In this document: piece by piece, positions 49,580-59,009 of the stretch
How positions within the stretch are numbered: the stretch's first letter is position 1
How the letters are laid out: the number at the start of each line of letters is the position of its first letter
Origin: Xanthobacteraceae bacterium
GTDB lineage: Bacteria; Pseudomonadota; Alphaproteobacteria; Rhizobiales; Xanthobacteraceae
Assembly: GCA_035642635.1 (NCBI GenBank)
Contig: DASQRX010000109.1
Coordinates: forward strand, 4,115 to 68,114
DNA: 64,000 bases
Reading direction: 5' to 3'
Made by a program: the position numbers and the translations under genes
The notes under the pieces: model-generated
Databases searched by the model: none
The model's input: only the letters and a program-made list of their open reading frames with translations
Told to the model about the DNA's origin: nothing

Positions 49580-50839
49580 CTAAATACCCCCAACGCCGAG
49601 CGCGTCGACCAAGCCTTCGCCGAGCGCCGAACTCGGTAGGCCCGCCGCGCGCACCGAATTCAAGGCTTCCGCGCCGCTGAACTTGGCCGATTGCACGCCG
49701 AGCCGCCACAGCGAAAACGTGACGACGACCTGGTGCACGGTCGACGCGCCGAGCGCGATCACAACATAGAGCCCGACCGTGATGACGGTCGCCAGCAATT
49801 CGGCGAGCGCTGAATCGTGGCGCGGGCCGACCAGTTCCGACACCGCCAGCAAACAGACGCCGCCGGCCAGCGCCGTGACCAGCATCAAGAGCAGGATATA
49901 CAGAACGAAGCGCAGATAGACGCGGTAAATCTGCCCTGTTTTCAGCCGCGATGTCACGGCAACGTCGCCGAAACGCAGCCCCGAAATCCACCAGCGCAGC
50001 GTCACCGCCTGGAACAGCGGATAAAGCAGCACCGCCGCGATCGCGGAGACGGCGACGCAAATGAAAGCGATACCGACGGCGCGGCGAAATCCGGGACTGG
50101 CTTCGATGAAAGTCAGCGTCGCCTGATCGCCCTGCGTCACCGCGACGTTGAGCGCGTTCCAATCGATCAGCGCACTTAATGCAAAAAGCGCGATCAACAG
50201 GGGACCCATGACGACAAGCCAGATCGGCAGGCCGCGCAGGAACAGCGTCACGCCCTTGCCGTCGAAAGCGCCGGGCAAATCGCCATAACAGGTGTGGCCC
50301 ATCTTGAAGCGCTGCAGAAAGGCCTGCGCCCACGGATAGGCAAGCCCGAGCGTGACAATAAAGGCGCACCAGCAGAACAGCGCACAGAGCGCGTAGCGCC
50401 ACGCCGCGCCGTGCTGATCGAATTGCACGCCGCGAAACACCGTGCGGGTGAGCCGGTAGCGCCGCGCGCGATAGAGCGCGAATTCGCCAAGCAGCGCAAC
50501 GAAGAGGAGAATGCCGGCCACGACCGATACCGGCGCCTGCGGGCTCAATTCGAGCGCGCCGATGGCAAAGGCAGTGTAGAGCGGGACCAGAATGGCAACC
50601 GCGAACAGAAATCCGACCAGAAGCTCGGTCGCAAGCCCGGTATATTCGAGCGTATCGCCTTCGATCTCGGTGTTCGACCACAGGAAGCGGCGTATGTCGG
50701 TCGCGAACCAGAAGCGGTAGAGGCCGAGCGTCAGCATCAAGAGCGCCGCGCCTCTGACGCGCAGACGCCAGTAGTCTTTCTCCTTGCCGAGAAATTGCGC
50801 CGCCCCCGTGGACGCGATCGAGGCATCAGCCGCCGTCAT
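49580..50839 (-). CDS. YjgN / DUF898-family polytopic membrane protein
   Basis: It shows the repeated TM-pair architecture and the LGLYRFW motif, and lies directly upstream of the M48 peptidase. The ORF is open to 50872. Confidence 0.7.
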   Translation of the reverse strand: MTAADASIASTGAAQFLGKEKDYWRLRVRGAALLMLTLGLYRFWFATDIRRFLWSNTEIEGDTLEYTGLATELLVGFLFAVAILVPLYTAFAIGALELSPQAPVSVVAGILLFVALLGEFALYRARRYRLTRTVFRGVQFDQHGAAWRYALCALFCWCAFIVTLGLAYPWAQAFLQRFKMGHTCYGDLPGAFDGKGVTLFLRGLPIWLVVMGPLLIALFALSALIDWNALNVAVTQGDQATLTFIEASPGFRRAVGIAFICVAVSAIAAVLLYPLFQAVTLRWWISGLRFGDVAVTSRLKTGQIYRVYLRFVLYILLLMLVTALAGGVCLLAVSELVGPRHDSALAELLATVITVGLYVVIALGASTVHQVVVTFSLWRLGVQSAKFSGAEALNSVRAAGLPSSALGEGLVDALGVGGI

Positions 50840-50868
50840 GACGCACCAGAAATGCCGCTCCACTTGCA

Positions 50869-50919
50869 GCATGATCCCGAAAAGTAGCTACCGGCTTTCG
50901 GATAGGATCATGCGCAAAC
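50869..50919. repeat. MITE/REP-like element, CATGATCCCGAAAA...GGATCATGCGCAAAC family (short copy)
   Basis: It has terminal inverted repeats ATGATCC/GGATCAT and the same ends as the copy at 51163-51240. Confidence 0.5.
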
Positions 50920-50988
50920 TAAAGATTTGGGTCTTCAGCCGCCGTTCAGCCGGCCTGGCATTGCGACGCCAGCAAGCCTCACATTGGA

Positions 50989-51039
50989 CCAGAGTTACAC
51001 GCGAGGCCAAAGTTGCACTGTAGCCAAAGTTACACTCGG
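50989..51039. repeat. three contiguous ~17-bp direct repeats (CCAGAGTTACACGCGAGG / CCAAAGTTGCACTGTAG / CCAAAGTTACACTCGG)
   Basis: Read directly from the sequence; the core CCAxAGTTrCAC occurs three times in phase. Confidence 0.65.
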
Positions 51040-51162
51040 CAATGTCCAATTTGCGGCAGCGAAGGCCGCCCGTCGTCCCACTATCATCCCACTATAATGA
51101 CGCCTGACGGCTTCGTCTTCGGCCTAGACGGAAATGGCGACTGCGCTGGAAGCGTATCTCGC

Positions 51163-51240
51163 GCATGATCCCGAAAAAGCCTGCCCTCGGACTTGATCCG
51201 ATGGGTGGGACCCGGTTTTCGGATTAGATCATGCGCAAAC
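51163..51240. repeat. MITE/REP-like element, CATGATCCCGAAAA...GATCATGCGCAAAC family (long copy)
   Basis: It has the same termini as 50869-50919 with a longer interior. Confidence 0.5.
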
Positions 51241-51245
51241 GAAAC

Positions 51246-51464
51246 CTATTCGTCGAGCAGGCCGTCGAACTCGACCTGAATGGTGTCGCCCGGCGTGCAG
51301 CGATGCCCAGCGCCTGACGCGAGCAGCGCTCTTGCTTCCTCGGGCGTCGCCGCCTCGACGCACCATTCCTCGACCCGCGTCACCAGCATCCTGGCGTGAA
51401 ACAGCCGCGGCTCGGCTCTTGGTTGCTCTTTTGGTGCGGTTCTGAGTGCTGCTGTGGCCGGCAT
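51246..51464 (-). CDS. small hypothetical protein (47-72 aa)
   Basis: An ORF divergent from ku with no recognisable domain. Its coding status is uncertain. Confidence 0.3.
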   Translation of the reverse strand: MPATAALRTAPKEQPRAEPRLFHARMLVTRVEEWCVEAATPEEARALLASGAGHRCTPGDTIQVEFDGLLDE

Positions 51465-51604
51465 GAATTCCGCTCGCGAATCACTTTAACCGTGAAAGTG
51501 TAAGCGCCCGCCAGGCAGGAACAAAGGAGAAACAGTATAGCTTGTGGATCGCGGTTTCCCTGGTATCGTTGACGCCGTGTCCCCTCGACCTATGGAGTAG
51601 TTCC

Positions 51605-52531
51605 GTGGCCCCGCGTGCGTATTGGAAAGGCTACCTGAAGCTCTCGCTGGTTTCGTGCCCGATTGCGCTGTTTCCGGCGACCTCCGAGCGGGAGAAGATC
51701 AGCTTTCACCAGATCAACAAGGAAACCGGCAACCGCATCCGCTACAAGAAAGTCGATGCCGATACCGGCGACGAGGTGGACAATACCGGCATCGTGAAGG
51801 GCTACGAGATCGCCAAGGGCGAATATATCGAGCTTGAGCCCGAGGAACTCGAAGCGGTCGCCATCGACAGCAAGCGCATCATCGATATCGACGAGTTCGT
51901 GCCGAAGCGCGAGATCGACGAACTCTATCTGCGCGATCCCTATTACATCGTGCCGGACGGCGATGTCGGCCAGCAAGCGTTCGCGGTGATCCGCGAAGCG
52001 ATCCGCAAGGAAGGCATGGTGGCGCTGGCCAAGGTCGTGTTCACCTCGCGCGAGCACATCATCGCGCTCGAAGCGCGCGGCAAAGGTATGGTGGGCGTGA
52101 CGCTGCGCTACCCCTACGAAGTCCGCGCCGAGGACGAATATTTCGACACCATCGAGGACGAGAAAATCCCGAAGGACATGCTCGATCTCGCGATACATAT
52201 CGTCGGCACCAAGGCCGGGCATTTCAAGCCGGAGCAGTTCAAGGACCAATACGAGGACGCGCTGAAGGACCTGCTGCGCAAGAAGCAGAAGGGCGAGAAG
52301 ATCGAGCGGGTCAAGGACGAGACGCCGTCCAACGTCATCAACCTCATGGACGCGCTGCGGCAGAGCGTGAAGGGCAGCGGCAAGAGCGCCGGCAAGACCG
52401 CTGCGAAGCCCAGCAAGGCCGCCGACAAGAATGGCGGCGGCAATGGCGCGCGGCGCGCCGCGGCGCGCGCGACGACGCGCACACCGAAAAAGGCGGCGCG
52501 GTCCGGCGCGCGGCATAAACGAGCGAGTTGA
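51605..52531 (+). CDS. ku: Ku protein (non-homologous end joining)
   Basis: GTG start. It reads APRAYWKGYLKLSLVSCPIALFPATSE...ISFHQI...GYE and has a basic Lys/Ala-rich C-terminal tail. Confidence 0.9.
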   Translation: MAPRAYWKGYLKLSLVSCPIALFPATSEREKISFHQINKETGNRIRYKKVDADTGDEVDNTGIVKGYEIAKGEYIELEPEELEAVAIDSKRIIDIDEFVPKREIDELYLRDPYYIVPDGDVGQQAFAVIREAIRKEGMVALAKVVFTSREHIIALEARGKGMVGVTLRYPYEVRAEDEYFDTIEDEKIPKDMLDLAIHIVGTKAGHFKPEQFKDQYEDALKDLLRKKQKGEKIERVKDETPSNVINLMDALRQSVKGSGKSAGKTAAKPSKAADKNGGGNGARRAAARATTRTPKKAARSGARHKRAS

Positions 52532-52758
52532 TGCCGGGCAAGCGCGTGCAGTTCGACGACGAGACCTGGCAGCAGATCGACCTTCTGGGCCACGACCAGA
52601 TGAAGGACTTTCAAGAGCTCGCCGACGAAGCCTTCCGCGACCTGTTGAAGAAGCACGGCCGGCCGGCAAGCCTGAAAGAGGCGCTGCGGCGCAGCGCCGA
52701 CGTCGCCGCGACAGTCCACCAGCTCAAGCCCGGCACGGACAAAAAGCCGCGGCGATAG
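52528..52758 (+). CDS. small ribbon-helix-helix-like protein
   Basis: Its ATG overlaps the ku stop (ATGA). GKRVQFDDETWQQIDLLGHDQMKDFQELADEAFRDLLKK fits a beta-strand plus two-helix RHH pattern. Confidence 0.5.
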   Translation: MMPGKRVQFDDETWQQIDLLGHDQMKDFQELADEAFRDLLKKHGRPASLKEALRRSADVAATVHQLKPGTDKKPRR

Positions 52759-52842
52759 TCTCTTCCACTTGTCATTTTACTGGCAGCGACGCGCGTGTAT
52801 GGTCGCGCCCGGGGCATCGACGATTTGGAATTGGGGAAATGT

Positions 52843-53709
52843 ATGATCCGTGTGGGACTGATGGCGCTGGCGCTCGGGGCGACACTGCCGGCGCTCGGCG
52901 CGACTCTGGTGAGCACGGCAAACGCGCAATCCGATCCGGTGCAACGCGGGGATTATCTGGTCAATACGATCATGACCTGCGGCAATTGCCACTCGCCGAA
53001 GGGGCCGCCCGACGTGGTCGCCGGCAAAGATTTTTCCGGCGGGCTGTCCTGGGACGAGCCGCCGTTTAAGGTCACAGCGACCAACATCACCCAGGATAAG
53101 GAGACCGGCATCGGCACCTGGAGCGATGCCGACATCAAAAAGCTGCTGCGCACCGGCATGCGCCCGAACGGCCTACCGATCGCCTCGATTATGCCGGTTG
53201 GCTTCTATAGCATCGTCACCGACAGGGACATGGACGCGATCGTTGCCTACCTGCGAACGATCAAGCCGGTCAGCAACAAGGTCCCCGATCCGATCTACCG
53301 CATGGCCGCGCCGGTGCAGATTTTCCCCGGCTCCGAGCAGCCCTATACCGAAGCGATGATGGGCGACCCGCTCAAAAAGGGCTTCTACCTTGCCACGATC
53401 GGCCATTGCATGGAGTGCCATACGCCCATGACCAAGGGGCACCATGACTTCGCTACCGACGTGGGCAAAGGCGGCACGGAATTCCCCGGTCCATGGGGCG
53501 TGTCGGTTTCGCGCAATATCACATCAGACAAGCCGAAAGGCCTCGGCGATTGGAGCGATGCCGAAATCAATCGCGCCATCACGCAGGGCATCGACAAGGA
53601 CGGCAACCATCTCAAGCCGCCGATGGGCTTTCGCTATTACGCCCACATGACCGACGCGGACATGAACGATCTGATCGCCTGGCTGAGAACGGTTCCCGCG
53701 AACGAATAG
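52843..53709 (+). CDS. dihaem c-type cytochrome
   Basis: It has a signal peptide and two CxxCH motifs (CGNCH, CMECH). Confidence 0.8.
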   Translation: MIRVGLMALALGATLPALGATLVSTANAQSDPVQRGDYLVNTIMTCGNCHSPKGPPDVVAGKDFSGGLSWDEPPFKVTATNITQDKETGIGTWSDADIKKLLRTGMRPNGLPIASIMPVGFYSIVTDRDMDAIVAYLRTIKPVSNKVPDPIYRMAAPVQIFPGSEQPYTEAMMGDPLKKGFYLATIGHCMECHTPMTKGHHDFATDVGKGGTEFPGPWGVSVSRNITSDKPKGLGDWSDAEINRAITQGIDKDGNHLKPPMGFRYYAHMTDADMNDLIAWLRTVPANE

Positions 53710-53729
53710 CGGGCACAACCGCGGGTGTT

Positions 53730-55927
53730 CTAAGCGGCGTCCTCGACCACATCGCGGTAAACGCCGGCGAAATCGATTTCACGGGCCGGGACCGGACGCT
53801 TGAACAGATAGCCCTGCAGCGATGTCACCCCGGCCAATCGCAACAGGCGGCATTGATCGATTGTTTCGACGCCCTCCGCGGTCGTCGCGATACCCAGACT
53901 CTGCGCCAAAGTAAGTGTCGCCGATACGATCGCGGCGCATTCGCTGCGTTTGGTCAGATTTTGGGTGAATGACTTGTCGATCTTGATCTTATCGAACGGG
54001 AACATCGCCAACTGGCTGAGCGATGAGTATCCGGTGCCGAAGTCGTCGAGCGCGATCGTAATGCCGAGATTCTTGAATTGCCGCAATGCGGGAAGACATT
54101 CGGCGGCCGAATCGATCAACGCACTTTCGGTTATTTCAAGCTCCAAACGCTCCGGACGCAGTCCGGATTCGACGAGGTTGAGCATGATCAAGTCGGGCAA
54201 GTTCGCTTTGCGAAATTGTACCACTGATAGATTGACGGCAACCTTGATTTCGGCCGGCCAGGTTGCGGCCTCGGCGCATGCGGTGCTCAACACCCAATCG
54301 CCGATCTGCGTAATCAGGCCGGTCTCCTCGGCCAAAGGTATAAAAGAATCCGGAAAGATCAGGCCCTTGGTGGGATGCCGCCACCGCACCAGCGCCTCGG
54401 CGCTGCAAATTCTTCCGCTGCGGGAATCTATGATCGGTTGATAGTGCAGTTCCAGTTCGTTGTGCTGAATCGCGCGACGCAAATCGCTTTCGATCTCCTG
54501 GCGCGCCGTCGCAATCTCGCTCATCTCAGGATCGAAGAAACAGTAGCCGTTGCGGCTGGTCGATTTCGCGCGGTAGAGGGCAAGGTCCGCCATCTTGAGC
54601 GGATCCTCGGAGACGGCCTCCTGCTCGCATGCCAAGGCTATTCCGATGCTGGTGCTAATGGTGATCTCGCCGCCTTCGATTCTGAACGTTTTGCCGAGCG
54701 TCTCAATGATGCGATCAGCGAGCGACCTCGCGGCCCCTCGCTGATCGGCTTCGCCCGCCTGAATGATGGCAAATTCGTCGCCGCCGAGCCGAGCAAGCAC
54801 GTCGGTTTCCCGCAACAGCGCTTTGAGCCGCATTGCAACTTCGATCAGAAGGCTGTCACCAGCGGGATGACCCAGCGTATCGTTGACCTGCTTGAACCGA
54901 TCAAGGTCCAGAAGCAGCACACTGAAGGCTTCGCCGCGACGGCGCCAACGCGCGGCGGCCTCCTCGGCTTTCTGAATCAGAGCCGCCCGATTGGCCAAGC
55001 CTGTCAAAGCATCATGGTGCGCCAAGAACGCGATACGCTGCTCCGCCTTCTTCCGCTTGGTGACGTCCTCGATGACGGCGATGAGATACTTCGCGTCACC
55101 CTTCACATCGCGAACGACAAAGCGCCTCGTGCCCTGAACACGCTGGCCGAGATCAAGCGGCTGACGCGGTCGAACTGCCGCGTGGTGGCCGGCAAGTTCC
55201 AATAGCTGCCCGCCGGGTTCCGCTGCAGGACGTGAAGCAGCGGCGTATCGTTCACCTTCATCCCAGCGAAACGCCGACCACCGGCGTCTCGACCACCACG
55301 CGCGAGGACCACGCCATCCGCATGAACCAGAGAAACCATTCCGGCGGCACCGAGATCGAGCGAGCTAAAAAACCGTTCGATCTCGGCAACGTTAAGCGAA
55401 ATCGCCACCGTGCCATCGAAGGTGCCGTCAGGTTTATCGAAGCGCCGCGTGAACTGAACAGAAAGTTCTTTGCTGACTCCTCCGACCACTGGATCGCTGA
55501 TAAATAGTTGATCGCCGGCATGGTCGCGCTGAAACATGAAAGGCGTGCGATCGCCGACGTAAACCGGAGCAGATAGCGTCCCGCGGCTTGACAGTATGAC
55601 AAAGCCATTGGCATCGGTGATGCCGATATGCGCCGTCAAGTTGTTATGAAACTGGGTACGCGTCATCCAGTTTCCCATATCAAAATGTTCTGGATCTCTT
55701 TGATAGTCTCGCCGCAGCGCCAGCAAGACATTGTCGGATTGTTGCACTATCCGCTGGACATACTCTTCCAGGACGCGCGTAAGATTGCTGCCCTGCCGCA
55801 CCGCGTCTTCATGGGCGCGTTCGTGCTCCTGGCTGGCCAGAAGAACGACGCCGCTCCAAATGACCGCGATCATGACGACGCCCAGATAGGTCGTCGTCTG
55901 CCGAATGGCCTGAACCCATTTGGTCAT
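53730..55927 (-). pseudogene. Cache-sensor / GGDEF / EAL signalling protein with internal deletion and frame break near 55115-55150
   Basis: The N-terminal TM segment and Cache-like periplasmic domain (55103-55927) stop abruptly. A different frame then reads the last strand of a PAS domain (YLIAVIEDVTKRKKAEQRI), GGDEF (RLGGDEFAI) and EAL (EALVRW). No second TM segment or PAS core is present. Confidence 0.65.
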
Positions 55928-56225
55928 ATCGAAGGAGCTCGACGTTTCCTCGGACCATCATTTCAAGCTCATCCATATGACAGGTATTTGTTACGATGCG
56001 GTTGTGATCGAGGGCCGATTGGAAAAGGTTCAATAACCTTTACCGCACGTTACCGCGCCCCTTGCAGCGTCTGTGGTCCGCGAGTGAGCGATCCCATGCG
56101 ATCGTCGCGTCAGTGGTCAGGGGGCCAGGGGCGCGGGCGGCATCACACCGGTTGGCGGCGTTTAGGTTGACGGTCAGCTTGAACTCGCACTGCCGCGCCA
56201 AGCACCGCAGGCCATGCCCATCAGA

Positions 56226-56776
56226 TCACTTGCCGGCTGTGACGGTGTAGCTTTTGATCTGGATCGGCGGAGCATTGCCGCTCGGCAACGACTTGTCCAT
56301 CTCCGCAAATATGCCAAATCTGAGACTGCTGTTTGTTGGTTCCTGTGCTCTGACGACCTTAACCTGCGCTTCGTTCAAGTAGATCGTTATCACCACGGCG
56401 TGCATGATGCGGCCGGGCACGAAGGTGAAGAGCCCCGCGATGACTAGCGCGCCGACGAAAAGGCCGATCATCGCGCGGCGATGATGTACCCGTCATGCCG
56501 ATGTGCGGCCAAGACCGCGATCGGTAGCATGATCAGCGTGAAGATCGACAACAGGTGGATTGGCGACCACTGCCCCCATAGCCGCAGTTGATGGATGAAG
56601 AATGCGCTGACGCTGACGACGAGCATCAGCGCAATCCAGATCCAGCCGAGCGTGCGATGCGGCAGCGTGCCCTTGGGCGCGGCAAGCTGAACGAGGCCGA
56701 GCCCGAAGGCGGTCATCGCCGCGAAGGCGTGAATCTGGATCGCCGGGCTTGCTTGCAAGAGCGGCGCGAGAGTCAT
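56226..56776 (-). pseudogene. DUF2306-like membrane protein, frameshifted near 56495 and carrying an unrelated ~50-aa tail
   Basis: The ORF at 56468-56776 ends in AAHRHDGYIIAAR*. The next frame continues HHRRAMIGLFVGALVIAGLFTFVPGRIMHAVV and then runs into lower-GC sequence. Confidence 0.5.
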
Positions 56777-56788
56777 GGTTCACCCAGA

Positions 56789-57853
56789 TTATAGGCCCAG
56801 TAATTTCTTCGTGTTGCCGCCGGCGAGCGCCGCGATGGTCGCTGGGTCAAAACCTTCCACGGCGGCGATGTGGCCGAGCGGATCGTATTCGGCCATGTCG
56901 TAGGGATAATCAGTGCCCAGGAGAACATGATCGGCGCCGAACAGGCGCACCAGTTCGGCGAGTTGGTGCGGCGTGAACACCACCGTGTCGACATAGATGC
57001 GCTTGAGGTAAGTCGTCGGCGCCTGCGGCAGCGCGCCGTGACTGTCCGAGCGCGCGCCCCAAGCGTGATCGATGCGGCCGGAATAAGCCGCGATATAGCC
57101 GCCGCCATGCACGGCGAGGATTTTCAGCTTGGGATGCCGCTCCAGCACGCCGTCGAAAATCAGATAGTGCAGCGCGATCGTGGTGTCGAGCGGATTGCCG
57201 ATGACATTGTTGAAATAGAACCGCGTCAGCCGCGCGCCTTCGGTGAAGCCCATGGGATGCAGCATCACCAAGACGCCGAGTTCTTCGGCCTTGCTCCAGA
57301 ACGGCGCGAAGGCCGGATCCGACAATTCCTTGCCGGCGATGGTGGTCAAGATCTCGACTCCGGTAAAGCCGAGCTCTTTGACGCAGCGCTCCAGTTCCTT
57401 CACGGCTTCATTGCCGTCGGTCATCGGCACCGAGCCGAAGCCTTTGATGCGGTCGGGCGCCTTGGCGCAGAATTCGGCGATGCCGTCATTGACCATCTGC
57501 GTCGCCCTGACCGCAATGTCGAGCGGCACCGTGTAATAGCATTGCGGCGGCGCCGGTGCGATCAGCTGTATGTCGATGCCCATGGCGTCGAGATCAGCCA
57601 ATCGATGGTCATGCCCGGCGCGTTCGTGGACATCGGCTTCCTGCTTTTGGCTCAGCGCCTTGGTCTCGGCACTGGCGTGGCGCGACAGCGGAATGGTCGA
57701 CCAGTCGAGATATGGCTCGACGAATTTCGCCGCCGCCGGCACGCCGACATGGGCATGAATGTCGATGGTGACGCTCTTTGGCCTTATGTCGCGGCCGGAC
57801 TTGCCATGGCTGCGGGCCGCCGTCGGGCCGTATTTATTCCACTGTTGGGCCAT
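56789..57853 (-). CDS. amidohydrolase_2 (ACMSD/decarboxylase-type) family protein
   Basis: The ATG is preceded by AAGGAAA. It has the DIHAHVG metal motif, MLHP, AVHGGG and GTDYPYD. Confidence 0.8.
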   Translation of the reverse strand: MAQQWNKYGPTAARSHGKSGRDIRPKSVTIDIHAHVGVPAAAKFVEPYLDWSTIPLSRHASAETKALSQKQEADVHERAGHDHRLADLDAMGIDIQLIAPAPPQCYYTVPLDIAVRATQMVNDGIAEFCAKAPDRIKGFGSVPMTDGNEAVKELERCVKELGFTGVEILTTIAGKELSDPAFAPFWSKAEELGVLVMLHPMGFTEGARLTRFYFNNVIGNPLDTTIALHYLIFDGVLERHPKLKILAVHGGGYIAAYSGRIDHAWGARSDSHGALPQAPTTYLKRIYVDTVVFTPHQLAELVRLFGADHVLLGTDYPYDMAEYDPLGHIAAVEGFDPATIAALAGGNTKKLLGL

Positions 57854-57976
57854 TCTCGTTTCCTTGGGAGAGTTTCTTTGGGCTTGCCGCTTGGGCCGGA
57901 AATTCAAGAGCCGCCAGCGGGGCGGCGCGGCGGCACATTTAATCGGCGGGGGGCAAGAGTCCAGTGGGGGTCGCGA

Positions 57977-58819
57977 TCAGCGCTGCGGCCCGCACAGGCT
58001 CAGATCGCGCTCGGCGCGGAACACGTTGCTGTAGAGATTCGCGATCCATTGCCGTCCGCTCGAGGTGACGTTGAGGTAGCGAATGGCGGACTGGATGTGC
58101 GGCGAGACGCTGTTCCAGTAAAATTGCGGATAGAGATCGGTGAGATCTGCGGGCGACGTATAGCCGAGCTGCTTGTTCATCCCGACTTCTTCGAATTCGT
58201 AATAAAGTGCGTTGGCCTTGCGCAGGTAGTGCGGATCGCCGAGCTGGCCGATCAGATCGGCGGCGCGCACCAGCATGCCCTCTTCGTTGTCGCCTGAGCC
58301 GTCGCCGGGCGGCGAAGGAAAGCGCGTATATTCGATGGCGCGGGCGATGCGCTCGGCGTCAATCGCCTCCATCTTCGAGAGCCGATCGATCACGAACATT
58401 TTCGAACGGTCGACGTGATGCGGCAGAAGCGCCGCGTCGGACGAGCCGCGCGGCAGCTTGGCCCGGTTGCCCTTGGCATCGATGATATAGCCGTCGGCAC
58501 TGTCTTCCTTGAGAATACCGCGCACATAGCCGATGTCATGGAAGAGGCACGCGATGAGGAGATGGGCAAAGTCGCTCGGAAATGTCGGCTGCAGCAGCGC
58601 CCGACCCTTCATGATGTCGTAACCGACCAGCGTCACCAGCATCGTATGTTCGACGTTGTGGTAGAGCGCGTCGCTGTTGCCGATACATTCGATGGCCAAG
58701 CGCGCGACTGACGGCACAAGCTCGGTCAGGTCGGCATGCGTCGTCGAGAACCTGCGGCTCATGTGCTCATGAAGGAATGAGCTAAGACCCTCCGCCGCCA
58801 GTTCGGGAACGGTAATCAA
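57977..58819 (-). CDS. HD-domain metal-dependent phosphohydrolase-like protein
   Basis: Contains YHNVEHT and ACLFHDIGYV. The TTG start is uncertain. Confidence 0.65.
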   Translation of the reverse strand: MITVPELAAEGLSSFLHEHMSRRFSTTHADLTELVPSVARLAIECIGNSDALYHNVEHTMLVTLVGYDIMKGRALLQPTFPSDFAHLLIACLFHDIGYVRGILKEDSADGYIIDAKGNRAKLPRGSSDAALLPHHVDRSKMFVIDRLSKMEAIDAERIARAIEYTRFPSPPGDGSGDNEEGMLVRAADLIGQLGDPHYLRKANALYYEFEEVGMNKQLGYTSPADLTDLYPQFYWNSVSPHIQSAIRYLNVTSSGRQWIANLYSNVFRAERDLSLCGPQR

Positions 58820-59009
58820 GTAGAGCCCCCTCCAGGTACCTGCCGTATCGTGACGGTGAGTTTGCTAATTTGCAATATCGCAATCCACCATAACGTTCAT
58901 TGCGCCGGCTTATTCCGAGCTAACGGCTACAATCGTGTCTTTTGGACACGACAGCATCGTGACACCGCAACGCGCCGCGCCAAGGCGGCAACGGCTACGC
59001 CGGATGGGC

